Translations under genes and position numbers: made by a program
Notes under the pieces: model-generated
The model's input: only the letters and a program-made list of their open reading frames with translations
What the model was told of the DNA's origin: nothing
Databases searched by the model: none
NCBI GenBank assembly: GCA_964476155.1
Contig: CAYYYS010000013.1
Span: 910 to 64,909 of the forward strand
Length of the DNA: 64,000 bases
Source: an uncultured Fibrobacteraceae bacterium
Lineage (GTDB): Bacteria > Krumholzibacteriota > Krumholzibacteriia > LZORAL124-64-63
Direction of reading: 5' to 3'
Shown: in pieces, positions 47,516 through 56,323 of the stretch
Position numbering within the stretch: the stretch's first letter is position 1
How the letters are laid out: each line of letters starts with the position of its first letter

Positions 47516-48181
47516 TCAGTCCTCCAGCCCCGACCGGTAGCGTCCGGTGGCGGGGTCCTTGTAGACTTTCACCTGCTTGTACAGCTTGATGCCGCGCCGA
47601 CCGGTGGCGATGTCCAGGAAGAGGCTGTCGAGGCAGCCGGCCAGGTCGTCCATCTGTTCCTTGAGGCTCTCCAGACGCGAATGGAGGGCGGCTTCGTCCA
47701 TGGTGCCGCCCGCGGTGGAGAGTTCCTCGCGGATGTGGTAGAGCTTGAGGGCCAGGACGGTGATGCGGTCCACGATGCTCGCCGGCGATTCCGAATGCAA
47801 TGGTGCGGTCGGACTGGGCAGACCGGCGGTGGACAGGATCTGCATGACCTGGGCGTCGAAGATCTCGATGGTCTTCACGCGGCGCGCATTGGAGGCGTCG
47901 ATGGAGCGCTTGACCTCGGCGAGAACTTCGTCGCCGGCCTCGTGGGCGCGACTGCGGTCCTCTTCGTGCCACTGGTAGGTGTTGATCAGCTGGAGCAACT
48001 CGGCCACGCCGGCCCAGCCGACGTGCTCGGGCGACAGCACGCGCAGGCCGTCGTCCCAGCTCGGGATCAGGTGCTCTTTCTCGTGCCAGCTCTCTATGAC
48101 CTGCCAGATGATGGGCAGCAGAACATCCGCGGCGGGCAGTCCCACGGGAAGAATCTTGGCTTCGGGACCATGTGAGGTCAT
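47516..48181 (-). CDS. DUF4254-family helical protein
   Basis: QWHEED, KRSIDASNARR, SESPASIVDRITVLALKLYH, YKQVKVY; AAGGA RBS. Confidence 0.75.
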   Translation of the reverse strand: MTSHGPEAKILPVGLPAADVLLPIIWQVIESWHEKEHLIPSWDDGLRVLSPEHVGWAGVAELLQLINTYQWHEEDRSRAHEAGDEVLAEVKRSIDASNARRVKTIEIFDAQVMQILSTAGLPSPTAPLHSESPASIVDRITVLALKLYHIREELSTAGGTMDEAALHSRLESLKEQMDDLAGCLDSLFLDIATGRRGIKLYKQVKVYKDPATGRYRSGLED

Positions 48182-48274
48182 TATCTGTCCTTATCTTGAG
48201 ATGATGAAACTCGCACAAGACTAGACTAATGAACCGGCCTCGGCAAGCACGACCGGCCACCAGGGAGACCACGG

Positions 48275-49324
48275 ATGATGGACTGTTGCGGACGCGTCGG
48301 GAAGATCGGCGGGAGCCTGGTGGCGGCCATGGTCGTGGTGGCCCTGCTCGGCACGACGCTCGCCGCGGCGGGCACCGCCGCTCCGGTCCCCCTGCATCCC
48401 CTGATCGGCGACACGCTCGACCGTGATGAAGCCGCGCGCTGGGGCCTTTTCCGCGACCTGCCCGACCTGGACCACGCCACTTTCCATATCGAACCGACGG
48501 GTGGTTTTCTGGTCCGTCTGTATCTGGCCGGACCGGACGGCCCCTCCCGGCGCGAGCGCCATGTGCCGCGTTCGGTCTGGGACGCGTGGCGCGAGCGTCT
48601 CGACGCCGGCGAATCGGCCGCCGGCATCGGTGTCCCCCCGACACCCGGCGCGCGGGCGGTCTGGCCCGAGACGCCCCTGCCCGTCGGCCTCACGGCGCCG
48701 CAGCCACTGCCGGCGTCACCCGACACGATCATCCCTCTGTCCGCGGCCGACTGGATCACGCTCGTGGACGTGGGCTACAAGCACAGCACCACCAGTTTCG
48801 GCGACTACTTCACCGATATGCTGCACCTCGGCGTCGCGGTCGGCCGCCCCCTGGGCGACTGGTTCGTGCCGACGTTCGGCTTCACGGCCGCCATCGGCGA
48901 TATGAACGACGATTTCGAAGCCGTAACCGGCAACGGCAAGACGGCCCACTACGCCATCGAGCTGGGCGCCCAGCTCCGGGCCTCCCTGGGCGAACGGGCC
49001 AACGTCTACCTGGGACTGGCCGGCGGCTATTACATCCGCTCCCTGCGCTGGGGCGGCATGATCTATTACAGCGATCTGGGCATCTATGAGTCCGGCACCT
49101 TCGTCCGGGAGCAGTCCGATTGGGGCGGCGCGGCCCGCTTCGGCCTGCAGAAACGCCTGGGCTCGCCCGGCACCCGCCCGCGGCTTCTGGATTTCAGTGT
49201 GCGCTACGAACAGTACCGGGCCGAGGCGTCCCTGCTGGTCGACCCCGAATCGGGGGACACCTTCATGGCCGCGGACACCGACGCCTGGGTGAGCATTTCC
49301 CTGGGTCTCATCGTGGGTATCTAA
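48275..49324 (+). CDS. Hypothetical outer-membrane protein (N-terminal domain, Pro-rich linker, beta-barrel)
   Basis: Signal peptide; alternating strands; VYLGLAGGYY; terminal ISLGLIVGI. Confidence 0.6.
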   Translation: MMDCCGRVGKIGGSLVAAMVVVALLGTTLAAAGTAAPVPLHPLIGDTLDRDEAARWGLFRDLPDLDHATFHIEPTGGFLVRLYLAGPDGPSRRERHVPRSVWDAWRERLDAGESAAGIGVPPTPGARAVWPETPLPVGLTAPQPLPASPDTIIPLSAADWITLVDVGYKHSTTSFGDYFTDMLHLGVAVGRPLGDWFVPTFGFTAAIGDMNDDFEAVTGNGKTAHYAIELGAQLRASLGERANVYLGLAGGYYIRSLRWGGMIYYSDLGIYESGTFVREQSDWGGAARFGLQKRLGSPGTRPRLLDFSVRYEQYRAEASLLVDPESGDTFMAADTDAWVSISLGLIVGI

Positions 49325-49338
49325 CGAAGGATGGACGC

Positions 49339-49983
49339 ATGATCCTGAACGACCTCTCGCGCGGCGACGCCGTAGTGCATCAGCTGCACCTGGGCGGCGA
49401 TCGCAATTTCAGCTACCTCTTCGGTGATCGCGTCAGCGGCGAGGCTGCGGTGGTCGACCCGGGTTTCGAGCCCGACGCATTGGCCGAGGCCGCAAAAACG
49501 GCGGGCCTGACCGTACACCATGTCCTGATCACCCACGGGCATGCCGACCATGTGGGCGGGCTCGATCGGCTGCTCGAGTTGACGGGCGCGAATGTCGCTG
49601 CCGGGGCGATTCGTCTGGGAGAGCGTTCCCTGACCCCGTTGCCCACCCCGGGCCACGCGCCCGACCACACCTGCTGGCTGTTCGAGGGTTTCCTGGCCAC
49701 CGGGGATCTGCTGTTCTGCGGCAAGGTAGGCGGCACCGGCCCGTTTTTCCCCGGCTCGAGCGCGGAAAAGGAGTGGGCGTCACTGCACAAGGTGCTCGAA
49801 CAGCCCGACAAGACCATCGTGCTGCCCGGACACGACTACTACGGCGGCGAGGGGGAGATGCCCCACTCGACCGTCGGATTCGAGCGTCTACACAATCCCT
49901 TCCTGCTCTGCACCGATTTCGACGCCTTTGCCCATCTCAAGGAGAACTGGGCGGCCTACAAGGAAAAGCATGGTATTCGCTGA
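49339..49983 (+). CDS. MBL-fold hydrolase, glyoxalase II-like
   Basis: NFSYL, THGHADH, TPGH, TGDLLF, PGHDY, ERLHNPFL. Confidence 0.88.
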   Translation: MILNDLSRGDAVVHQLHLGGDRNFSYLFGDRVSGEAAVVDPGFEPDALAEAAKTAGLTVHHVLITHGHADHVGGLDRLLELTGANVAAGAIRLGERSLTPLPTPGHAPDHTCWLFEGFLATGDLLFCGKVGGTGPFFPGSSAEKEWASLHKVLEQPDKTIVLPGHDYYGGEGEMPHSTVGFERLHNPFLLCTDFDAFAHLKENWAAYKEKHGIR

Positions 49984-50089
49984 GAATTCCGGCTGGATCG
50001 TGGCCCTAAAAGAGATTATGCTGAGCCGCTCGCGGGATTGCCTGCGGAACACGAAAGTATCGACCCTCTAGAAATCGGGAGTTTAATCC

Positions 50090-51616
50090 ATGCTAGCCAG
50101 CATCACGGATTTGATGCAGTCCTTCGCCGACACCTATAGCCGTGTCACGCCCGACTGGTTGGAGCAGTTCACTCCGGTGGTTCTACTGCTGATCGTGGTG
50201 GCTTTCGTCTTCTATCGCCTGCCAACGGTTGACGTGGGTCACGACAAGGGCTTCAAGCGGCGCCGGATCATGAATTGGCTGCCTCTGGGTCTCACTTACG
50301 CCTTCTTGTATATGGGGCGTTACAACCTGACAGTGAGCAAGTCCGCCTTTGAGAACCTGGCCGGCGGCGGCGGCAGCTCCATGATGGGCAACGATGCCTT
50401 CGGCGTGATCTTCGGCGTGGGCACGATCGTCTACGGTTTTTCCTTCCTGATCAACGGGCCACTGACCGATAGGCTGGGCGGTCGGTTCGCCATTCTCGTC
50501 GGCGCCGCCGGCGCGATTGTCGCCAACCTCCTGATGGGACTGGCTTCGCTTTCGCTTTTGCATGACGGCCCCCTGTCTGGCTTCCTGGTCTCCAACTTCG
50601 TCATTGTCTTCTCAATTCTCTACGCCGCGAACATGTATTTCCAGAGTTTCGGCGCAGTAGCCATCGTCAAGGTAAACTCCTCGTGGTTCCACGTGCGCGA
50701 GCGTGGTGTCTTCGGGGCCATCTTCGGTATCCTGATCTCGCTGGGCATCTACTTCGCCTTCGACCTGGGCGGCATGATCCTCGATAGCATGGGGCTGGCT
50801 TGGGTTTTCCTGATGCCGGCATTGCTGCTGACGCTATTCTGGATCATCGACTACTTCATTGTTTATAACAAACCCAGCGAGGCGGGGCAGGAGGATTTCA
50901 ACACCGCCGATGCCACATCGGGAGATGAGGGACCGCAACTCGGCGCGATCAAGGTCTTCAAGATGATGCTGACCAACCCCATCATCATCACCATCGCCCT
51001 GATCGAGTTCTGCAGCGGCTTCCTGCGTCAGGCGATCATGCAGTGGTTCAAGATCTTCGCCAAGCAGACCGATGCGATGCTCGGCCTCAAGAGCAGCTTC
51101 GTCTACGAGAACTGGGGCCTGATGCTCTGCATCGCCGGCATCCTCGGCGGCGTGTTCGCGGGGACGATCAGCGACCATCTCTTCCAGTCGCGTCGGGGAC
51201 CCGTCGCGGCCTTCCTCTACGGCACTATGCTGATCGGTTCGGTGATGTTGATCTTCTTGTATCAGACCCCATTTGTAGGCTGGCTGGTGCTGATCATGTC
51301 CATGGCCGTGATCGGCGTCCACGGCATGTTGTCGGGGACCGCCAGCATGGACTTCGGCGGCTCCAAGAACACGGGCATCGCCGTGGGCATCATCGACGGC
51401 TTCGTTTATCTCGGCACGGCCGTCATGTCGTTCACCTATGCCATCGTCCTGCCCAAGGAGAAACTCGACGCCGCGGGCGAGATCATCGGCCCGGCCATCG
51501 ATCCCGCCAACTGGAAGGCGTGGCCCATCGCCATGGTCCCCTTGGCGATTCTGGGGCTGGTTCTGGCCACGCGTGTCTGGAACGCCAAGCCGAAAAGCAA
51601 GTCCTCGGCCCACTGA
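50090..51616 (+). CDS. MFS transporter, GlpT/UhpC (organophosphate antiporter)-like
   Basis: Many TM segments; YMGRYN, ERGVFGAI, SDHLFQSRRGP, GIIDGFVYLG. Confidence 0.8.
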   Translation: MLASITDLMQSFADTYSRVTPDWLEQFTPVVLLLIVVAFVFYRLPTVDVGHDKGFKRRRIMNWLPLGLTYAFLYMGRYNLTVSKSAFENLAGGGGSSMMGNDAFGVIFGVGTIVYGFSFLINGPLTDRLGGRFAILVGAAGAIVANLLMGLASLSLLHDGPLSGFLVSNFVIVFSILYAANMYFQSFGAVAIVKVNSSWFHVRERGVFGAIFGILISLGIYFAFDLGGMILDSMGLAWVFLMPALLLTLFWIIDYFIVYNKPSEAGQEDFNTADATSGDEGPQLGAIKVFKMMLTNPIIITIALIEFCSGFLRQAIMQWFKIFAKQTDAMLGLKSSFVYENWGLMLCIAGILGGVFAGTISDHLFQSRRGPVAAFLYGTMLIGSVMLIFLYQTPFVGWLVLIMSMAVIGVHGMLSGTASMDFGGSKNTGIAVGIIDGFVYLGTAVMSFTYAIVLPKEKLDAAGEIIGPAIDPANWKAWPIAMVPLAILGLVLATRVWNAKPKSKSSAH

Positions 51617-51627
51617 GGTAATCGCCC

Positions 51628-53493
51628 ATGAAAGTCTCGTGTCTTCTCCTGCTGGCGCTGACCATTGCGGTCGGCGCCGGCGCCGCTGATACCCGGACCT
51701 TCGTCATCGCGGACGGCGACACCGTCTGGCTGACCGATCCCATCGTCATTCTCGGCTCGCGCGTGCCCGCAGCCCTGCCCGGCCTCATCCGCCCGGTGGC
51801 CATGATCGGCCCCGACGCCGATGTGCCCGTCCGCTCGACGGCGGAACTCCTGGCTCTGCTGCCTGCCGTCGAAGTGAACCAGCGTCAGCAATACGGCACC
51901 CAGGCCGACCTGAGCATCCGCGGTTCCACCTTCGAACAGGTGCAGGTCCTGCTCGACGGTTGGGATGTGGGCGACGCCCAGACCGGTCATCATAATCTCG
52001 ACCTGCCGCTGGGCCTGGCCGACGTGGTGCGGCTGGAGGTCCTGCGCGGCCACGGGTCGGCCCTCTACGGCGCCAACGCTTTCGGCGGCGTGGTGAACGT
52101 GATTCCGCGTACGCCGTCGGACCGGCGTGGCGGCGCGATGGCGGTGGGCGGCGGCGATTTCGCCACCCGTTTCGCCCGTCTCCGGTTTGAGAGCGGTGCC
52201 GGCGCGGTCATGGGGCTCGACGGCAAGGCCTGGGTCTCGGGCGAGTGGTTCCGCACCGACGGCGATCGGGACGGGACCGATGTGGAGAACGGCTCTATAT
52301 CCCTACGCGCCACGGGTCGCACTGGCTGGGGCGAAATCGAGACCTTGTCGGGCTACGCTCGCCGCGAATTCGGCGCTTTGGATTTCTACGCGCCCTACCC
52401 GTCCTTCGAGAAGACGGAAACCGCCTTCACGGGCTTCAAGGTGAGGGCCGATCTCTCCGATGCGGTGGTCCTGGAGCAGCGCCTGGGCGGCCGCCGCCAT
52501 CGAGATCGCTTCACGCTCTTCCGCGATGATCCCGACATCTACTTCAACGACCACGTCACGCGTCGCACGACCGCCGAAACCCGTTTGCTGATCGAGGCCG
52601 GTCATGGTCTGGCGGTCGCTGTGGGTGTGGACGGCATGTACGAGGATATCCGCAGCGATGGTATTCGCAGCGGCGTGGCCGGACCGGCCCTGGGTGACCA
52701 CGAGCGTCGCCGGGCGTCCGGGTCGCTGGAATTCACGGGACGTCACGCGCCTCTGCGCTGGAGTCTGGGGGCGCGCCTGGACAGCTGGTCGGTCGCCCGG
52801 CCCCGCCTGTCGCGCTCGGCCGCCGCGAGTCTCGACCTGGGGGATGGCGTGTCGTTAAGGGCTTCGACCGGCACTGTATTCCGCGTGCCGACCTTCACGG
52901 AGCTCTATTACGAGGATCCGGCCAACGTGGGCGATCCGACCCTGTCGCCGGAGTCCGGCTGGTCGCGGGACGCCGGCGCCGAGATTCGACGCGGCCCCTG
53001 GACGGTGGTCTGGGAAATCTTCGCGCGTTACGAGACCGATCTGATCGACTGGGCGCGTCCGCGCGACGCCACCGACGATCCTTGGCGGGTCATGAATATC
53101 ACCACGGGGGAGGTGCGCGGCACGACCCTGTCCTACCGTCTCGACACGCCCCGCGGAGATGCCTTCTACCTGCACCACACCTATCTGGAAAAGACCCGCA
53201 GCCTGCCCGACCATCACGTCGCCAAATATGATTTTCTGGCGCCACGCCATCTGGTCGCCACTGGTGTCACCGTGAACTGTTGCCGTTTCCTGCGTTTGAC
53301 ACCCCAGGTGCGGCTGCGAGATCGTGCGGACGGCGGCGGACACGGAGTCGCTGATCTACGTGTTTCTCTTGCGCACAATATCTGGCGGCTGGATGTGGAT
53401 GCCACGAATCTGCTGGACCTGGATTATTTTGAGATTCCGGGTGTTTTCATGCCCGGGCGATTGGTTACCGCAACGATGAAATATCTCTTTTAA
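51628..53493 (+). CDS. TonB-dependent receptor
   Basis: Plug SIRGSTFEQVQVLLDG, LEVLRGHGSALYGANAFGGVVNVI; FRVPTFTELYY; NLLDLDY; terminal Phe. Confidence 0.9.
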   Translation: MKVSCLLLLALTIAVGAGAADTRTFVIADGDTVWLTDPIVILGSRVPAALPGLIRPVAMIGPDADVPVRSTAELLALLPAVEVNQRQQYGTQADLSIRGSTFEQVQVLLDGWDVGDAQTGHHNLDLPLGLADVVRLEVLRGHGSALYGANAFGGVVNVIPRTPSDRRGGAMAVGGGDFATRFARLRFESGAGAVMGLDGKAWVSGEWFRTDGDRDGTDVENGSISLRATGRTGWGEIETLSGYARREFGALDFYAPYPSFEKTETAFTGFKVRADLSDAVVLEQRLGGRRHRDRFTLFRDDPDIYFNDHVTRRTTAETRLLIEAGHGLAVAVGVDGMYEDIRSDGIRSGVAGPALGDHERRRASGSLEFTGRHAPLRWSLGARLDSWSVARPRLSRSAAASLDLGDGVSLRASTGTVFRVPTFTELYYEDPANVGDPTLSPESGWSRDAGAEIRRGPWTVVWEIFARYETDLIDWARPRDATDDPWRVMNITTGEVRGTTLSYRLDTPRGDAFYLHHTYLEKTRSLPDHHVAKYDFLAPRHLVATGVTVNCCRFLRLTPQVRLRDRADGGGHGVADLRVSLAHNIWRLDVDATNLLDLDYFEIPGVFMPGRLVTATMKYLF

Positions 53494-53838
53494 CGGTGGA
53501 TATAGTTGCGTTTACGAAATAAGATCTCGACACTCGGACGCAATTTCGAAGGCACAGCCTAATATATGATGAAAGTGCATTATTAAGTCAACAATATCCA
53601 CAATCACACCGATGGGACGTAATCAGATAGAAAAATTCCACAACTAAGTGAAAAAACTGTTGAATATTGGTCACGTATTGTGATACGATTGGTATCAAGT
53701 AAGGGATTCTGTGAGACCCATTGCGTTTTTGCACAATCAAGCAATAAGCTGCTTCGTCTCCAGATCCGTAATCGTAGTGTTTCCAGAATATCATTGTGGG
53801 AGCGCTATCCAACCGACTCTCGTGAGGGGGATCTTTTC

Positions 53839-54789
53839 ATGAGAAACTTGATGAAGCTCCTGGCCGTCGCCGCAATCATCACCCTGTTCGCCGGCTTCGC
53901 GGTCGCCAAGACCCTGCAGCCCGTGTCCAAGGACATCATCGTCAAGGACAGCTACATCGGCATGGATCGCGGTCTGCTGGACTGCACCGGCCAGGTCGAG
54001 CTGACCGACGGCGTCACGTCCTACGGTGACAACACCGGCATGCCCAACAACGTGACGACCTATGGTTGTAGCTCCTGGAACGAGTCCGGCGGCGAAGTTG
54101 TGCATCACATCTTCTTTGCCGACGAAGTCGAGTGGTCGATGGTCATCAACATGGGTGGCTGCGATCTCGACATCGCCATCCTCGACCAGTGCGACGAGGA
54201 TCTGGGTTGCATCGGCGTCGCCGACAGCAGCGTCGACGGCACGGGCCCCGGCTGGATCGGTGACGTCTACTTCGTCGTCGACGGTTACAATGAAGCCGCC
54301 TGCGCCTTCGATATCACCGTTACCTCGACGCCCTACATTCCGCCCGAGCCCATCGGCTTCTGCGACCTGGTCCAGGATGTCGATGGCGTTGGCGTGTTCA
54401 CCGGTGACACCTGCGACGGCGAGAACCTGATCACCAGCATGGACTGCTCGACCTACACCGAGAACGGCTTCGAGCACTTCTACAGCGTGTTCATGCCTGC
54501 CGGTTCGTCCTTCACGGTCGACCTGATTCATGCCATCGACAGTGCCCTGTGGGTCCTGGATGGTTGTGAAGAGCCCTACGCTTGCCTGGCCTACGCGGAT
54601 AACGAATGGCCTGCGGGCACCGAGACCATCACCTATGCGAACCCCGGCGGCGACACGACCGTGTTCCTGGTCGTGGATAGCTGGAGTTCCGACTCCTGTG
54701 GGGCCTACGAGTTCATGTTCACCCCGACGGGTGGCGCTATCGCCAACGAGCAGCTGACCTTCGGCGAGGTCAAGGCTCTGTTCCAGTAG
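53839..54789 (+). CDS. Secreted acidic protein with two Cys-containing beta-sandwich repeats and C-terminal TFGEVKALFQ motif
   Basis: Signal peptide MRNLMKLLAVAAIITLFAGFAVA; internal repeats ending VYFVVDGY and VFLVVDSW. Confidence 0.75.
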   Translation: MRNLMKLLAVAAIITLFAGFAVAKTLQPVSKDIIVKDSYIGMDRGLLDCTGQVELTDGVTSYGDNTGMPNNVTTYGCSSWNESGGEVVHHIFFADEVEWSMVINMGGCDLDIAILDQCDEDLGCIGVADSSVDGTGPGWIGDVYFVVDGYNEAACAFDITVTSTPYIPPEPIGFCDLVQDVDGVGVFTGDTCDGENLITSMDCSTYTENGFEHFYSVFMPAGSSFTVDLIHAIDSALWVLDGCEEPYACLAYADNEWPAGTETITYANPGGDTTVFLVVDSWSSDSCGAYEFMFTPTGGAIANEQLTFGEVKALFQ

Positions 54790-54829
54790 GTTGTTGTGAT
54801 ACGGATCGCATTGTCGATCCTCACGAGAT

Positions 54830-54861
54830 GGCCCCGGGGTTCTCCCTGGGGCCTTCTTCTT
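54830..54861 (+). terminator. Intrinsic terminator
   Basis: GGCCCCGGGG-TTCT-CCCTGGGGCC followed by TTCTTCTT. Confidence 0.65.
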
Positions 54862-55057
54862 GCATGCTACGCAGTGTTCATCTGTTTCTGGACAGGCTCT
54901 TTGCGGGCGTGCTATTGATTCCCCTGATGTTTTATTTCGGAAAGGGATCAGCAATCTGTTGTCGACAAAGGGAATGAAGTGGTCGTACCTTGGGTTAGTG
55001 ACCGATCGGCGCTAATCATGGCTACTCGGCTCTTTTTGGCAATGGCGTGTTTATTTG

Positions 55058-55066
55058 TGGTATAAT
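55058..55066 (+). promoter_or_regulatory. Extended -10 promoter element
   Basis: TG-G-TATAAT in the AT-rich region upstream of 55153. Confidence 0.5.
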
Positions 55067-55152
55067 AGTATCGAGTTTGGAACTAGGATTCACGTGATCG
55101 GGCGCCAAGGGCGACCCGACTCCAGGTTTCTCTCAGGAGGAAGGGAACTGAT

Positions 55153-56247
55153 ATGAGAGCAGGATCATGGATGGTCGTCGTGTTGATGATCGGACTGCTG
55201 GCGTCTTTCGCGGTCGCCAAGGATCTCCAGCGCACCGACGACGAGACCTTCGGGAAGATGAACCGCCTGCACGGACCGGCGTTCACGTCCCGCGCCACTT
55301 TCGAAGGCTTCGAGGCGGCCGTGCCACCGGCCGGTTGGTCGGCAACCGTCAACAATACGGACACCTGGGAACAGCTGGCGCTCGAGGGTGGAAGTCTCGA
55401 AGGCGACTTCGCCGCTTACATCCACTGGAACACGACGGTGGCCCAGGACGAGGCCATCGCCTTTTCGCACACGGTCGATGTGGCCGGCGACGAGTATGTT
55501 CTCAGCTTCTGGATGGCGGGGTCCCGTGGCATGGAGTGGGATCTGAACGCGACCGAAACCGTCGCGGTCGACGGCACGAGTGTTTTCGACTGGGACACTG
55601 CGCCCAACCCGGGCGAAAATTTCGTCTGGGAGAAACACTTCATCGACCTGACGGCCTACGACGGCCAGACCATCGAGATCTCGTTCCGCTACGTCGGCAT
55701 GAATGGAGATGCCCATTATATCGACGCCGTGATGATCGACGACGGCACCGGTTACGATCCGCCGCCGCTGGACGTGCTGCCGAACGATCTCTGCGAGAAC
55801 GCCATCAACCTGGTCGAGCAGGGGCTGAGCGAGTTCGACGTCGACCTGTGTCGGGCTTATAACGACTACTCGGCCGGTGACCCGTACAACGCGTGCACGG
55901 GCTGGCCCTCCTACGGTCGCGATCTCGTCTACACCATCTACCTGCGGGCCGGCGACCTGTTCACCGCCACCATGCAGGGAACGCACGATGCGTCCATGTG
56001 GATGGCGACCGACTGCGCCGATCTGGCCGGCACCTGTGTTGTGGGCTCGGACAACACCATCAACGAGGGCCTGGAGCAGATCCCGCCCACGGACGATCCC
56101 GACTGGGTCGTGCCCGCCGACGGCTGGTACTACCTGATCATCGACGGTTATGACGTCAATGCCTGCAGCGTCGTCACCATCACCTTCTTCTCGCCCACGG
56201 CCAACGAGGACCTGAGCTGGGGTGGTTTGAAAACACTGTACCGCTGA
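55153..56247 (+). CDS. Secreted protein: cleaved-adhesin/choice-of-anchor-J-like domain + Cys repeat domain + C-terminal SWGGLKTLYR motif
   Basis: Signal peptide; FEGFEAAVPPAGW...YDGQTIEISFRY...IDAV; repeat ending YYLIIDGY. Confidence 0.72.
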   Translation: MRAGSWMVVVLMIGLLASFAVAKDLQRTDDETFGKMNRLHGPAFTSRATFEGFEAAVPPAGWSATVNNTDTWEQLALEGGSLEGDFAAYIHWNTTVAQDEAIAFSHTVDVAGDEYVLSFWMAGSRGMEWDLNATETVAVDGTSVFDWDTAPNPGENFVWEKHFIDLTAYDGQTIEISFRYVGMNGDAHYIDAVMIDDGTGYDPPPLDVLPNDLCENAINLVEQGLSEFDVDLCRAYNDYSAGDPYNACTGWPSYGRDLVYTIYLRAGDLFTATMQGTHDASMWMATDCADLAGTCVVGSDNTINEGLEQIPPTDDPDWVVPADGWYYLIIDGYDVNACSVVTITFFSPTANEDLSWGGLKTLYR

Positions 56248-56273
56248 TCGTCGTCGCGACGATCACTGCATAT

Positions 56274-56305
56274 GAAAAGCCCCGAGGCGCGGCCTCGGGG
56301 CTTTC
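56274..56305. terminator. Bidirectional intrinsic terminator
   Basis: AAAGCCCCGAGG-CGCGG-CCTCGGGGCTTT between convergent genes. Confidence 0.75.
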
Positions 56306-56323
56306 GCTTGGTGTCCGTCGATT

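Noticed and set aside
44532-48644. 1370-aa ORF in the track, or a frameshift fusion of DUF4254 to the NTase
   Set aside because: The first ~380 aa are Arg/Pro/Gly-rich off-frame sequence overlapping two real genes; the folded protein begins at ATG 47498 and I saw no slippery site.
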